From NCBI GenBank assembly GCA_008632985.1, contig QPGO01000023.1, forward strand, positions 679,681 to 743,680: DNA of 64,000 bases, read 5' to 3'. Positions 24,975 to 37,459 of this stretch are shown piece by piece. Position numbers and translations under genes: made by a program. This DNA comes from Psammoneis japonica (lineage: Eukaryota). Numbering within the stretch: the stretch's first letter is position 1; each line of letters starts with the position of its first letter. The notes beneath the pieces were generated by a model. It was given only the letters and a program-made list of their open reading frames with translations, was not told the origin of the DNA and ran no database searches.

Positions 24975-26350
24975 TTTTGGTGTGGGTGGCTCTTGATCAA
25001 CTCATGCGGACGCTTCGTCCAAATCGGTGAGATGTCAAAGAGAATCATCTTGATGGCAGCATGTCCATTGCCACAGCATTGACGAATGATGTCAGGGTGC
25101 TTGGAGTCTGCCGGAAAGATTCCAACCTTCTGAATGTGCTGGAAGACAGTCAGTTTCATTCTGTCAAGTGGCACTCTCATCCGGAGTGGGAGATCATCAG
25201 TTGGATCATTGCCACATGTGAAGCCCCAGTTTCCACCGTCCTTGATAAAGCATCACAGAGGGTGCATGCACACACCACAAGCCGAGGCCTGTTGGGTTGC
25301 AGCAGTGTGCTGTGCACGGATTCCTTGAGGGGAGATGTCCTCACAAGTGAGAGGATCACAAAGGAAAGACTTGGCATCCCAATCAATGTGATGAACAAAG
25401 AGAGAACCATCCGCAAGGATTGGACGCTCAGTGCCATCTTCACAACAAAGGTTTCCAGACTTGTGGGGTGCTGGTGATTTCCCTGGCACTGCTTTCCCGG
25501 CTTCCTTGCGTTGACAGCAAGCTGGTGCATCCTTTGGAAGTCCTTTTGGATTGAAGGTGTGTGGAGCACTGGCGGCAGTCAAGGAAGAAGCCGCACCAGC
25601 AGCAGTCATGACAGACGGCAAAGGAGATGGTGCTGCAGGAGCAGATGTCTTCAATGTGTTTGTCACAGCTTGCTCAGGCTGTTTTTAACCAGGCAAATGA
25701 GCAGCTGAGGCCTTGGCAAAGTCTTCAGGAGTGGGACCTGTGGCAGCAACTGGCAGGCATGCAGAACTTGAAGCAGGCAGTGGGTCTGGATGCAGATCAT
25801 CTGAGGTGTCTTCCCAGCAATCACAACACCAAAAACCAGGGCTGAAATGGAAACGCAAAGTCCCAACATGTGCTTTTATGGCATCGTTGTTCTCTGAGAT
25901 CACTTTGATCACAGCCTTCTGAAGAGTGCTGAGGCTCAGACGAACCAGGGAGTCTTGAGGGATGGCCACAAAGAGAGGGGCCTTTTCAATGATCGGTCCG
26001 ATGCACGCAAGATCTTCAGTCAGGGTGGCTTGGGGGATGATGAGATCATGAACGATCTCATGATGGAGGACAGCAACAGCGTCGCTCTTGAGGCCTTGAG
26101 GGGCAAATCCATCCAGAAGATCTTCAGGAGCAGGCATCTCATTGGAACAAAGAGCATTCAGGTGACGGTGTGCATTGGGTGAGAGATCATGTGGGCTGAA
26201 TTCAACCCGCATCGTCTTGATCTTGGTCAAATCGACGGCGTTTTGATTTTTGTTCACCATGGTTGCGCGGGAAAAAAATCAAATTCCCATGCAGAGCTCT
26301 GGCATGTGTTCTACGGTGGTCGTTTGATCACAAATCGAGAGGTGAAAAAA
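24975..26350 (-). mobile_element. Second, inverted and longer copy of the same copia-like gag region
   Basis: 25722-26350 is the reverse complement of 24358-24971; reading continues with GVCMHPL*CFIKDGGNWGFTCGNDPTDDLP...CCGNGHAAIKMILF; runs into the N gap. Confidence 0.65.
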
Positions 26351-26534
26351 NNNNNNNNNNNNNNNNNNNNNNNNNNNNNNNNNNNNNNNNNNNNNNNNNN
26401 NNNNNNNNNNNNNNNNNNNNNNNNNNNNNNNNNNNNNNNNNNNNNNNNNNNNNNNNNNNNNNNNNNNNNNNNNNNNNNNNNNNNNNNNNNNNNNNNNNNN
26501 NNNNNNNNNNNNNNNNNNNNNNNNNNNNNNNNNN
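26351..26534. other. Assembly gap (N run)
   Basis: 184 N bases. Confidence 1.

Positions 26535-26581
<47 letters not shown>
26535..26581. repeat. (CA)n microsatellite
   Basis: Pure CA run next to the gap. Confidence 0.95.
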
Positions 26582-26583
<2 letters not shown>

Positions 26584-26589
26584 AAGTCA

Positions 26590-28935
26590 ACTCTGCTCTC
26601 ACAGCCACACACCCACCCCACGGCACCACCTGGCCTGCTGCATTGCAGTGGCTCCACACTGTCGAGCTCATGCCCCCACCATTCCGTGCCTCCACATGCC
26701 ACAAGCTGTCTCCCTCCATGCACCACAAAGTCTTCACAGCACCACACCACATCCTCACCTGGACAATTGAATCCATCAAGCCCCTGCAACTCGACTCCAA
26801 CAACCCAGCCCCACCCCATGAATGCACGTCCACACCCTTCTGGAAACTGCTCCTTCTCTTCAAAGCACTCATTCTTGCTCCGCCTTGCTGCTCCCCCACC
26901 ACAAACCCCAAACGCCGCCCATCCGCTTCCTCTGTTGCCTCAACATGCCTCAAACTCTTCCGACAAGGGTGCATCTGCAAACTGCATGACACGGCACACA
27001 CCACCACCCCTCACTCAGCTCCCAACACCCACGCCCCTGACTTCTCCACTTCCACCTGCTGCCGTGTGGCTCAAGCATCCACAGACACCGACAACTTTGG
27101 CGCAGCTTGCCACCGCGTCACCTCCAACCTCCCAGTTGCCACCATTGATGATGCCCGCCTCCAGCTCATCCACAAACTGCACCCACCTCACGCACCATGC
27201 CCACCCCAAGCGCCCACCACCAACACATGACACTCCACGCCCCCCCCCCCATTCCCTCCATGCATCTCCGATGACCACCTCTTTGCTGCCCTCAGCAAGT
27301 GTAAACCCGGCACTGCCACCAGCCCATGCGCTGACTCCACCGACCTCCTCAAAGGCCATGCCCTCTGCAAAACAAGCACCCCCAAGCAGCTGCAACTCTG
27401 CCCGCACCTTGCCACCTTCAAGGAATTCTTGATGATCCTCCAAACCAATTCCGTCCCCCCCTGACATCCAGCACATCCGCCTCCGCCTCCACCATCCCCT
27501 TTCTTGTCTCTCAACTAGCTCGCTCCTTTGATGCGCAACACACGGACTGACTGCAGGCCATGATGACCCCCTCAAACTCCCACCCTTCTGCGCTTGCTTC
27601 CTCCGCACTTGGGCCACCTCCTGCCACCCCTTGCGCCTTTGTCAGGTTTTTCAGCACTGCAGAAAAGCTGCCACACACATCCTCGACCCCCCCCACCCTC
27701 CCCAAAGGCCTTCGTCAAAACACACCCGCTGCGCAACCTTTCCCACACCCTTTGTCATGCACACTTCCAATGCATGCTCGAAGACCTCCATCTGCATGGA
27801 CCATTGCACGTCACCCATGCACTCCCGTCCCTTCTCTCTCCACTTAAAAGTCTCACACTCCACCCCCTTGCTTGCTTGCCACCTCAACAATGCCTGAACC
27901 CTGAGCAGTTCCACCTCATGCTACAATGCAAATTACGGCTCCCCATCTCGCCCCACCAACTCGAATCTACCTCTTGCCCCTCTTGCTCTGGCACCATTGA
28001 CCCATGCGGTGACCATGCCTTCTGTTGCCGATCCCTCAGACACAAAACAACCATGTCCAATGCCATCCGCGATGGCCCACACGCTGCTTTCCAAACACTT
28101 GCCCCACTCTCTGGCATCTGTGCTGACTCTTCCGCCGCACACCATGAACCAACCAACCTGATGCCTCATTCACCCCTCAAATGCCCTGCTGATGTGGGCA
28201 TCCAACTTGCTCCAGCCGCCTCTGCTGCCTCCCCTCTTGGCCACCGACACCTCACTGTTGACGTCACTGTCCCTGAACCTCCCCCATTGCCTGCTCCTGG
28301 CTTGCCTGCCCCCACCCACAACCCTCATGCCGAGGCACACCACACAAGCACAAAACAGAAGTTCAATGGAACCCATGAAACTCAAAATGAAGCAACCCTC
28401 ACATCCGCCCTTAACAACGCTGGCATCCACCTCATTCCCTTTGCTGTTGACCATCTGGGAGCCCCAGGCTACTTTGACCATCGCCTTCTTTTTGGCACCA
28501 ACCAAGACCTCCCCATCCCTGCTCCACCCGCCCCCCACCTTGGAACACCGAAACCTGTTTTCAACACCCAGCTGCCCATGCCACATGTGCATGCACCCGG
28601 AACAATCCCCATCTGCCATCCTCCCTGCCGCCACTGCCACTCAGCAAACCATCTCTGCTGAATGCTTTGGCCCAACCCACCACTCTTCAACACCGTCACA
28701 ATGGGGTCCACAGAGCCTGAGCCTTGCAATTGCCAAATCGCTTGCTGACCAACTGGCCCACCACTCCACCAAACTGCAATCTCAAACATCAAACCCCAAC
28801 TTGAAATCCATCCCTTTTCCTGCCTGCATGACTCAGTTCCACCATTGCTCCATGTGTCTGTCCCTCCCCCCACGCCACCAGGTGATGTTGCACGTGAACT
28901 CCTCATGTGCGCGTGCTGCCAGGCAGTTTCCCTGA
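26590..28935 (+). mobile_element. 3' part of CRE-like non-LTR retrotransposon with CCHC finger and restriction-like endonuclease; RT core largely deleted
   Basis: FWKLLLLFKALILAP, KPGTATSPCADSTDLLK, LQCKLRLPI, CPSC...DPCGDHAFCC, NAIRD, CPADV...LTVDVTV, LIPFAVDHLG. Confidence 0.8.
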
Positions 28936-29639
28936 CCAATGAAACATCACTGATCTGCACTGCAATGGAGAAAAGGACACGTGCTTCACATTGCTCCATC
29001 TTTCACTGGCAACGGGGAACCCAGACACACGATCATTTGCTGGGGTGGTGCAAACATCACCTGACATGATGATCCCCACTTCCGAGTCTCCTTTTGGCCT
29101 GCCCCCCTCTGCGGAGCTTTTGTCCGCTCCCTGCTGGGTTGTTTTTCAGCCCTCACCGTTGGTTCTCTTTTTCATTTGGGATCAATTGCTCTAAATTGCT
29201 GGACTTTGGTCAAGAAAATTCCAGGTTCTCTGTCTGGCAGCTGGGCCTGGCTTGCTCAGGTCCCAGACAGCATGTTTTGCCTTGTGCAGCGGTGGCTCTA
29301 AGATGGCTGCTCTTTTCTTCTTGCACAGGAGGCAGCAGCATTGCAGTTGTTTTGCACTGCAAGAGCACCTTGCAGCCAGCCACTCTTGTGCCAGTGCTGT
29401 GGCTGCTGCTGCCATTGTTGCTGGGCTTCTGGGTTCACACAGGGCCTGGTGGGCAGCCAGCAGCCAAAAGCAGCAATGTTTTTTGCTTTTCGCCATTGGC
29501 TGTCAAGCCCTGCAGCCCAGCTCCATTTCCCCATGACTTCGCTTCCATTTCTTCCTTGGCCATGCATGGCCCTGTCAACAGCCCTCCATCAGTTGTGCAT
29601 GACCACCCTGTCAACTGCCCTTCATCAACTGTGCTTGAC

Positions 29640-29815
29640 CCTTTTGCTTCTTTCTTTCTTTCTTTCTTCTTTCTTTCTCTCCTTCTTTCTTTCTTCTTTC
29701 TTTTGTTCTTTCTTTTGTTCTTTCTTTTGTTCTTCCTTTTGTTCTTCCTTTTGTTCTTCCTTTTGTTCTTCCTTTTGTTCTTCCTTTTGTTCTTCCTTTT
29801 GTTCTTCCTTTCTTC
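29640..29815. repeat. Pyrimidine-rich tract with 12-bp tandem repeat (TTCTTCCTTTTG)n
   Basis: Directly visible; reads as KEEQ repeats on the minus strand. Confidence 0.9.
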
Positions 29816-30049
29816 TCTGCTGGATTGAGAAAGCCAACCAGCAGTTTTCCTGTGGCACAATCTTTGACCAGGCACCTGCCAGCCCTTTTGCTGACTGTTG
29901 AACAGAACAAAAGTTGGTCATGCTGTGAGGTCATGAGTGCCTCCTCTGGCTGTCACTTTAGAACAAAACTTGTCAGCCACCTTTCTGCCTGCCAATGTTT
30001 TCTCAGTCACCACCCCACCACTGCCACATCCTCCTCCCACCCAACTCTC

Positions 30050-31804
30050 CACAGACCTTTCTTCATTTCAAGTTCGACAGACAGACTGTACGTCAAGCGG
30101 AATTTGGGCAGAAAAGTGCAGCAAGTGGACCGGACGCACGTGCGCACGTCTGCATGTGCCGGTGCGGTGCGCAACCTCTGGGGCCCCACCGGTGCGAAGC
30201 AGGGCGAATGGCGGCAACTTTAAAAAGCATCCCAACAATGCCAATGGCCACAGCAGAGCTCTGGACAAAACGCAATGAGCTGCCATCTAGCAGAGCCAAA
30301 CAGTTCCTTGCTTGTGTGTCACAGCACCTGAATTAGACTGAAATGCAAATGCATGCAGAGCAGAGGCATCGCACGCAAACGACGCGAAAAAGCGGTCCCT
30401 GAGCTGCACGTCCAACAATGAGGATGAGCGCGAGATTGATCGCGCTCACTGCAAATGCATGTGAACCAAACAAATCAAACACACAAATGTTGTCCAAACT
30501 TGTTGTGTGAAAGAAATCCATGTGTTGTTGTTGAGTGCAAGCCGAGGAATCGTGCACAAACGACGCGAAAGCGGCTCCAACGCGTCCAACAACGAGGATG
30601 AGCACGAGATTGATCGCGCTCACTGCAAACACATGTGAACCAAACAAATCAAATGCACAAATGTTGTCCAAACTTGTTGTGCAAAAGCCAATCCAGGTGT
30701 TGTTGTTGAGTTCGAAGCAGAGGCATTGTGCACAAACGACTCGAAAGCGGCCCCAACGCGTCCAGCAATGAGAATGAGCACGAGATTGATCACGCTCACT
30801 GTGAATGCACATGAAGCAAACAAATCAAATGCACAAACATTGTCCAAACTTGATGTGTGAAAGCCAATCCATTGTTGTTGAGTTCAAAGCAGAGGCATCG
30901 TGTGCAAACGACACGAAAGCGGCCCCAACACGTCCAGCAACGAGAATGAGCACGAGATTGATCACGCTCACTGCAAACACATGTGAACCAAACAAATGAA
31001 ACACACAAATGTCATCCAAACTTGTTGTGCAAAAGCCAACCCAGGTGTCATTGTTGAGTTCCAAGTCCAGCCATTGCACACAAATGACGCAAGGGCTGTT
31101 GCAGCATGCCCAACAACGAGATGAGCGCGAGATTGATCACGCTCAACTCTAAGGATGCATGACCAAACAAATTAAATGCACAACAATGGCCCAACATTGT
31201 CGCATGTAAGCCAGTCCAGGTGTTTTTGTTGAGTTCCAAGTCCAGCCATCGTGCACTGATGACAAGAAGCGGTTCCTCATGCACCCCAGATTGATCAGCA
31301 GCGCTGGTCACCGAGGTCGACCCCACAATCCACAGCTCAATCCATTTCACTCACAACATGTCAACAACGCGAACAGTGGAATGTCAACACCTTGCTCTAG
31401 AACATGAGACGAAATGAACAACCGTGAGCAAGACAAGTTTGGGCAACAACACACCCAAAAAGCATCAAAACACGAAACTGCACCACATGATGCACAAACA
31501 CAACTCAACACAATAAATTTTCTTACCACAACATGTGTGTGCACACATCAGCCACAGGATGGGGATTGTCACCGGTGTGGAGCCGATCGTCTTCGAAATG
31601 AGCGTCGCAGAGACGAACGCCATTTTCACCATTGGTGATTTTTGAATTTGTGCTCTCGTCGTTGGAAAAGCACCAGAAGCTGTGTACGGGGCGCGGTCTG
31701 ACATCGCAGGGGGAGAGTTGCAACAAGAAATTCTGCCCAATTTCCGCTTGACGTACAGTCTGTCTGCACCCAGGCAAAAATCTTGAAATGAAGAAAGGTC
31801 TGTG
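30050..31804. mobile_element. Non-autonomous DNA transposon with bipartite TIRs
   Basis: Outer perfect 23-bp IR CACAGACCTTTCTTCATTTCAAG (30050-30072 / 31782-31804) and inner 36-bp IR with one mismatch (30078-30113 / 31731-31766). Confidence 0.8.
30350..31260. repeat. ~175-bp tandem repeat, about 5 copies, inside the TIR element
   Basis: GAGATTGATC(A/G)CGCTCA recurs near 30432, 30606, 30782, 30954 and 31128. Confidence 0.9.
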
Positions 31805-34800
31805 TCACTGGCCTGGCACTCTTCTTCTCTGCCACCCCTTCCAACCTCTGACACGTGCATGCCCTGCACTCCCCTCTTGCAATGATGGCATCCTGGCTGC
31901 TGGAGTCCAGTTGATGTTTTGTGACATGCTTGCATGCACCGCTGTCATGGAACTTCAGGAGGCAGCCCATGCATTGCAGCCCTTCTTGAGGTTGCCATTG
32001 ACAAAATGAAGAATGCACTCATCAAACAAAACAGAGCAGAGGAAGGGGTGACTGCAAGCACAAACCACAAGAACATGACCTTCTTTGTTCTCAGCCGGTG
32101 TGCACAAGCAACTAAATTCATGCGGGGTGGCACTGGCGCCATTGGGTGCCAGATTGACCTTGAGTGGGCAAGGGTTCTCTGAGGGTGTGAATGGCTGACA
32201 ATGGTGCAGAAGGTTGTCTCTAACATGTTTTGGTGCTTGTCAAGAATGAAACTCATCAACAAACAAAATCATTGCATGTGTGCTGTCTCTGTCCACCGAT
32301 CTTCAATGTTCTCACTTGTTGGCCATGCATTCTTAGAAACACGCTCATTCACAAACACTTTGATTGTGAAACTTGCAACAAACAAAATCATTACAAACAT
32401 GCTAACTCTGTCCAGTTGTTAATTGTGTGTTTTTACAAATGTCAAGTCATGAATGATTTGACCATTTTTTACCTGCGTGGCCCGATTCGCGGTCAGCGGA
32501 TGCACATTTTTTCACACCACACCACACCACAGACACCAACAGCCGCAATGATGTTGACACGACCCATGTCAACAACGTTGCAGAGGTAAGTTCTTTCTTT
32601 GTTTTCTCATTTACACCAATTGCATGCTCACCAAAGATGTTGTTTGTGCTTTGTTGAAGCTTCACAGGTGGATTGATCGTCTCGTGTGGTCGATTGTTGC
32701 ATCTGTGATGTTGGTGTTTTTTTTTTCGCAGCGTTTGCACCACCACAGCGCATCCGTTTGGGAGCCTTGTGCCTCGTCCCACCCTGCATCCTTTGGCACA
32801 CCTGTCATGCATGTTAACATGGATTTGTGACGTGCTTGACATGTTTTTGAAGGTCTTGGTCGGCTCGTAATCACAGCATGTCATTTTTTGGCGACAACAA
32901 TTTCTTGAAAGTGTTGCATGCTGTGGGAACAAAACGATGCGATGGAGTCTCGGGGACACTCACGATGTTGGCATTTATCAGACAGCCTTCCCACAGTCCA
33001 AAAAAGGCAATCCCATGAGCACAACATAATTGTTTGAGCATTGGACTCGTTTTGATGAAACTTGCACACCTCATGAGCCTTTTTTTGTGCATCTTGTTCA
33101 TGCGTGTGGGCATCTGGTCCTTTTTGACCCTTTCTTCCTACTCTGCAATTGTGCCATCTTTATGATCTGAGGCACAATGTCTCCCACATCATTTTGGGTG
33201 ATCTTGTCAGTGCAACTGCCAGACCAGGTTTTGCACTGGGCAAAACGGAGAAGTGGAGGCTTGTGTGGCCGGGCTCCTTGCCTGCTCTTGGATGCGTGGA
33301 TGCAACGATCCGCTGGTGGCATTTGAGGCCATGAAATTTGCTGGGGTGACTCAGAACTGCCTCGGAAAGGTGACCCAGTGAGCACACTGTGACGTGTGGC
33401 CTCAATGGATTGTTGTTGTGTGTGTTGTTCTACTCACATTTTCATTTTGCCTGTCATGTTTTCAGCATGATCATCTGGGACTGCAAGTGCTGAAAGTGGC
33501 CTTTCCATGCCAACACTCTACATGACACAAGTCCTTTGACAACACTTGTTTGTTTGGGGAGTCAGATCTTGGAGCTTTTGGCATCTAGTGGGTCTAGAGA
33601 GGCATGAGTGTTGGATGAAATGTGGGCCAGGTTGTGAATGGAATTTGGCTGACTTTTGCTGTTTTTTTCTCGACGGTGTGGTTGGTCAGTGCGCGGGTTT
33701 GTGAGTGTGGATGGACTCTCCATTGAGGGCCGCTGTTCTGGAATGCTTCACTCTAGAGTAGAACTTGGTGCAAAAGGTAAGAGATCCATCATCATTTGTG
33801 ATTTTCAACTCATCGTGGTGTTTTTGGCGTTGTCCAATGAAAAGTTGGATGATCCATTTAAAAGACTCACAGCCTTTTGCTGTTCTTTAGAGGTGTGATT
33901 GTGCAGCTCTTGACATTCCAGTTTTCTTTAAGGGTGGGATTGCATCACATGTCATTCGAGAAGTGTTGTCACAGTGTTCTTGCTTGCGGGTTCAGGCCTT
34001 GTCCTGACAGAGACTGGAAAGAATGTCTCATCTTCTTCCCTCTTGCCATTGCTGCAAATGAAGACAATGGCCAGAGTTCATCAGCCACACATCCTCAGTT
34101 CCAAGGGGTTCACTCTGATGGCAAGTTTGATGACATGTCTTGCTGGTGTCTCCAGTTGGAGCAACACACTTGCTGGGGGGTGGTGGTGCATGATGCACAG
34201 GCCAGTGCCACTTGAGAAACTAAAATGGATCATGTGGTGGTGCTCCAGATCATCATCATCACCATCAATGCACAGTGGTTTAAGTTGCTGCCTGCATGAC
34301 ATGCACCCCAAATGTGCTCAGCCTGCATTTGTTGAGTGGGTTCTTGACCCAAGTGTGTTGTCTTTGCAATCTTGATTTGGGAAGCTGCAAGCCATGTCTT
34401 GGGCAGCAACAGCAGCCCCTTGCATGATTTCTCCACACAAGAAGATGCCCAGCTGCACAAGGTGTGAAAGCGCCACACCCACAGATGTGGCAAAAGAGGT
34501 TTGCAGCTGTCTTGGGATGGCATTGGAGGACTCCAGTGGATCCCAGAGGATGCAACGACAACAATGGTTGGGAAGCAAAGGCTTTGTCTTGTGTCCATGC
34601 AGCCCTTTGTCTCTCTGACATGACTGGGTTTCTTGGCCCAGCCACCCTGCCTGCAAAAACAAGAAAACCATGTGTGTGACAGTGCAAGTGCTCTGTTGTC
34701 TTGGGGCGGCCTTGGATGACTTGATCGGGACCCAGAGAATGCAACACCAACCATGGCTGGGAAGCAAAGGCCTTGTCTTGTGTCGGTGTGGCACTTGGAC

Positions 34801-34809
34801 CATGCAACT

Positions 34810-37450
34810 CCCAACCATGGCTCTTTGGGGTTTGCCTTGGGTCCACCAAAGACAGTCAATGATGTTTGAACAACAGTTGTTGGGTGGGTGGGTGCACTCA
34901 TGGTGCTGTTTCACTTCAGAAGTTGGGAATCAAGTCTCACCTGACATTTTGTGAAGTGACATGGGCTGCAGCTGAGGCAGGTTGGCTTTGAAACTCCCTG
35001 CCATGGCACTTTAAGTGTCACCTTGGGTCCACAGAAGACATTCAATGGTGTTTGACAACAGTTGTTTGGTGTGTTGGCACATTCATGATGTTGTTTCACT
35101 TTTGATTTTGGGGCTCAAGTCTCACCCTGACATTTGTGAAGTGACATGGGCCACAGCTGATCCATGGTGGCTTTGCCACTCCCTGCCATTGCTTTTGAAG
35201 CATCACCTGGGGTCCACTGCACACATTCAATGGTGTTTGACAATGGTTGTTGTGTGGGTGGGTGCACTCATGGTGCTGTTTCACTTTTGAATTTGGGAAT
35301 CAAGTCTCACCCTGCTGGCAGTCATGTGAAGTGACATGGGCTGCAGCTGAGCCAGGGTGGCTTTGCTGCTCCCCCACCATGGCTCTTAAAGTGTCACCTG
35401 GGGTCCACTGCAGATATTCAATGGTGTTTGACAACAGTTGTTGGGTGGGTGGGTGCACACATGGTGCTGTTTCACTTTTGATTTTGGGAATCAAGTCTCA
35501 CCCTGACATTTTGTGAAGTGACATGGGCCACAGCTGAGCCAGGGTGGCTTTGAAACTCCCTGCCATGGCTCTTGAAGTGTCACCTGGGGTCCACCAAAGA
35601 AATTCCGTGGTGTTTGACAACAGTTGTTTTGTGTGTTGGTGTGTTCATGATGTTGTTTCACTTCAGAAAATTGGGGCTCAAGTCTCGCCCTGACATTGTG
35701 AGGTGACACAGAGCCAGAGTTGCACCACGGCAGCTTTGAAGCTTCTAACCATGGCTCTCAAAGTGTTGCCTGGGGTCCACTGCAGACATTCAAGGGTGTT
35801 TGACAACAGTTGTTGGGTGGGTGGGTGCACACATGGTGCTGTTTCACTTCAGAAGTTGGGAATCAAGTCTCACCCTGACATTTTGTGAAGTGACATGGGC
35901 TGCAGCTGAGGCAGGTTGGCTTTGAAACTCCCTGCCATGGCACTTGAAGTGTTGCCCGGGGTCCACAGAAGACATTCAATGGTGTTTGACAACAGTTGTT
36001 TGGTGCGTTGGCACATTCATGATGTTGTTTCACTTTTGATTTTGGGGCTCAAGTCTTACCCTGACATTTGTGAAGTGACATGGGCTGCAGCTGAGCCAGG
36101 GTGGCTTTGCCACTCCCTGCCATTGCTTTTGAAGCATCACCTGGGGTCCACTGCACGCATTCAATGGTGTTTGACAATGGTTGTTGTGTGGGTGGGTGCA
36201 CACATGGGCTGCAGCTGAGGCAGGTTGGCTTTGAAACTCCCTGCCATGGCACTTTAAGTGTCACCTTGGGTCCACAGAAGACATTCAATGGTGTTTGACA
36301 ACAGTTGTTTGGTGTGTTGGCACATTCATGATGTTGTTTCACTTTTGATTTTGGGGCTCAAGTCTCACCCTGACATTTGTGAAGTGACATGGGCCACAGC
36401 TGATCCATGGTGGCTTTGCCACTCCCTGCCATTGCTTTTGAAGCATCACCTGGGGTCCACTGCACGCATTCAATGGTGTTTGACAATGGTTGTTGTGTGG
36501 GTGGGTGCACTCATGGTGCTGTTTCACTTTTGAATTTGGGAATCAAGTCTCACCCTGCTGGCAGTCATGTGAAGTGACATGGGCTGCAGCTGAGCCAGGG
36601 TGGCTTTGCTGCTCCCCCACCAAGGCTCTTAAAGTGTCACCTGGGGTCCACTGCAGACATTCAATGGTGTTTGACAACAGTTGTTGGGTGGGTGGGTGCA
36701 CACATGGTGCTGTTTCACTTTTGATTTTGGGAATCAAGTCTCACCCTGACATTTTGTGAAGTGACATGGGCCACAGCTGAGCCAGGGTGGCTTTGAAACT
36801 CCCTGCCATGGCTCTTGAAGTGTCACCTGGGGTCCACCAAAGAAATTCCGTGGTGTTTGACAACAGTTGTTTTGTGTGTTGGTGTGTTCATGATGTTGTT
36901 TCACTTCAGAAAATTGGGGCTCAAGTCTCGCCCTGACATTGTGAGGTGACACAGAGCCAGAGTTGCACCACGGCAGCTTTGAAGCTTCTAACCATGGCTC
37001 TCAAAGTGTTGCCTGGGGTCCACTGCAGACATTCAAGGGTGTTTGACAACAGTTGTTGGGTGGGTGGGTGCACACATGGTGCTGTTTCACTTCAGAAGTT
37101 GGGAATCAAGTCTCACCCTGACATTTTGTGAAGTGACATGGGCTGCAGCTGAGGCAGGTTGGCTTTGAAACTCCCTGCCATGGCACTTGAAGTGTTGCCC
37201 GGGGTCCACAGAAGACATTCAATGGTGTTTGACAACAGTTGTTTGGTGCGTTGGCACATTCATGCTGTTGTTTCACTTTTGATTTTGGGGCTCAAGTCTC
37301 ACCCTGACATTTGTGAAGTGACATGGGCTGCAGCTGAGCCAGGGTGGCTTTGCCACTCCCTGCCATTGCTCTTGAAGTGTCACCTGGGGTCCACTGCATG
37401 CATTCAATGGTGTTTGACAACAGTTGTGTGGTGTGAAGTGATGTGGGCTG
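34810..37450. repeat. ~186-bp satellite, about 14 monomers, with a 1243-bp higher-order duplication
   Basis: GTGAAGTGACATGGG recurs every ~185-190 bp; ORF track entries repeat at a 1243 offset (35015/36258, 35703/36946). Confidence 0.95.
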
Positions 37451-37459
37451 CAGCTGAGC

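Noticed and set aside
26535..26581. (CA)n as the CRE target site or as a converted (TA)n tract
   Set aside because: It lies inside the element next to a gap, and its origin cannot be determined from this sequence.
32447..32959. ORF with GRGTRLPNGCAVV resembling a transposon-associated Cys motif
   Set aside because: Similarity too weak to call.
34810..37450. Possible CRISPR-like array
   Set aside because: Whole ~186-bp units are homologous, with no unique spacers and no cas genes; eukaryotic context.
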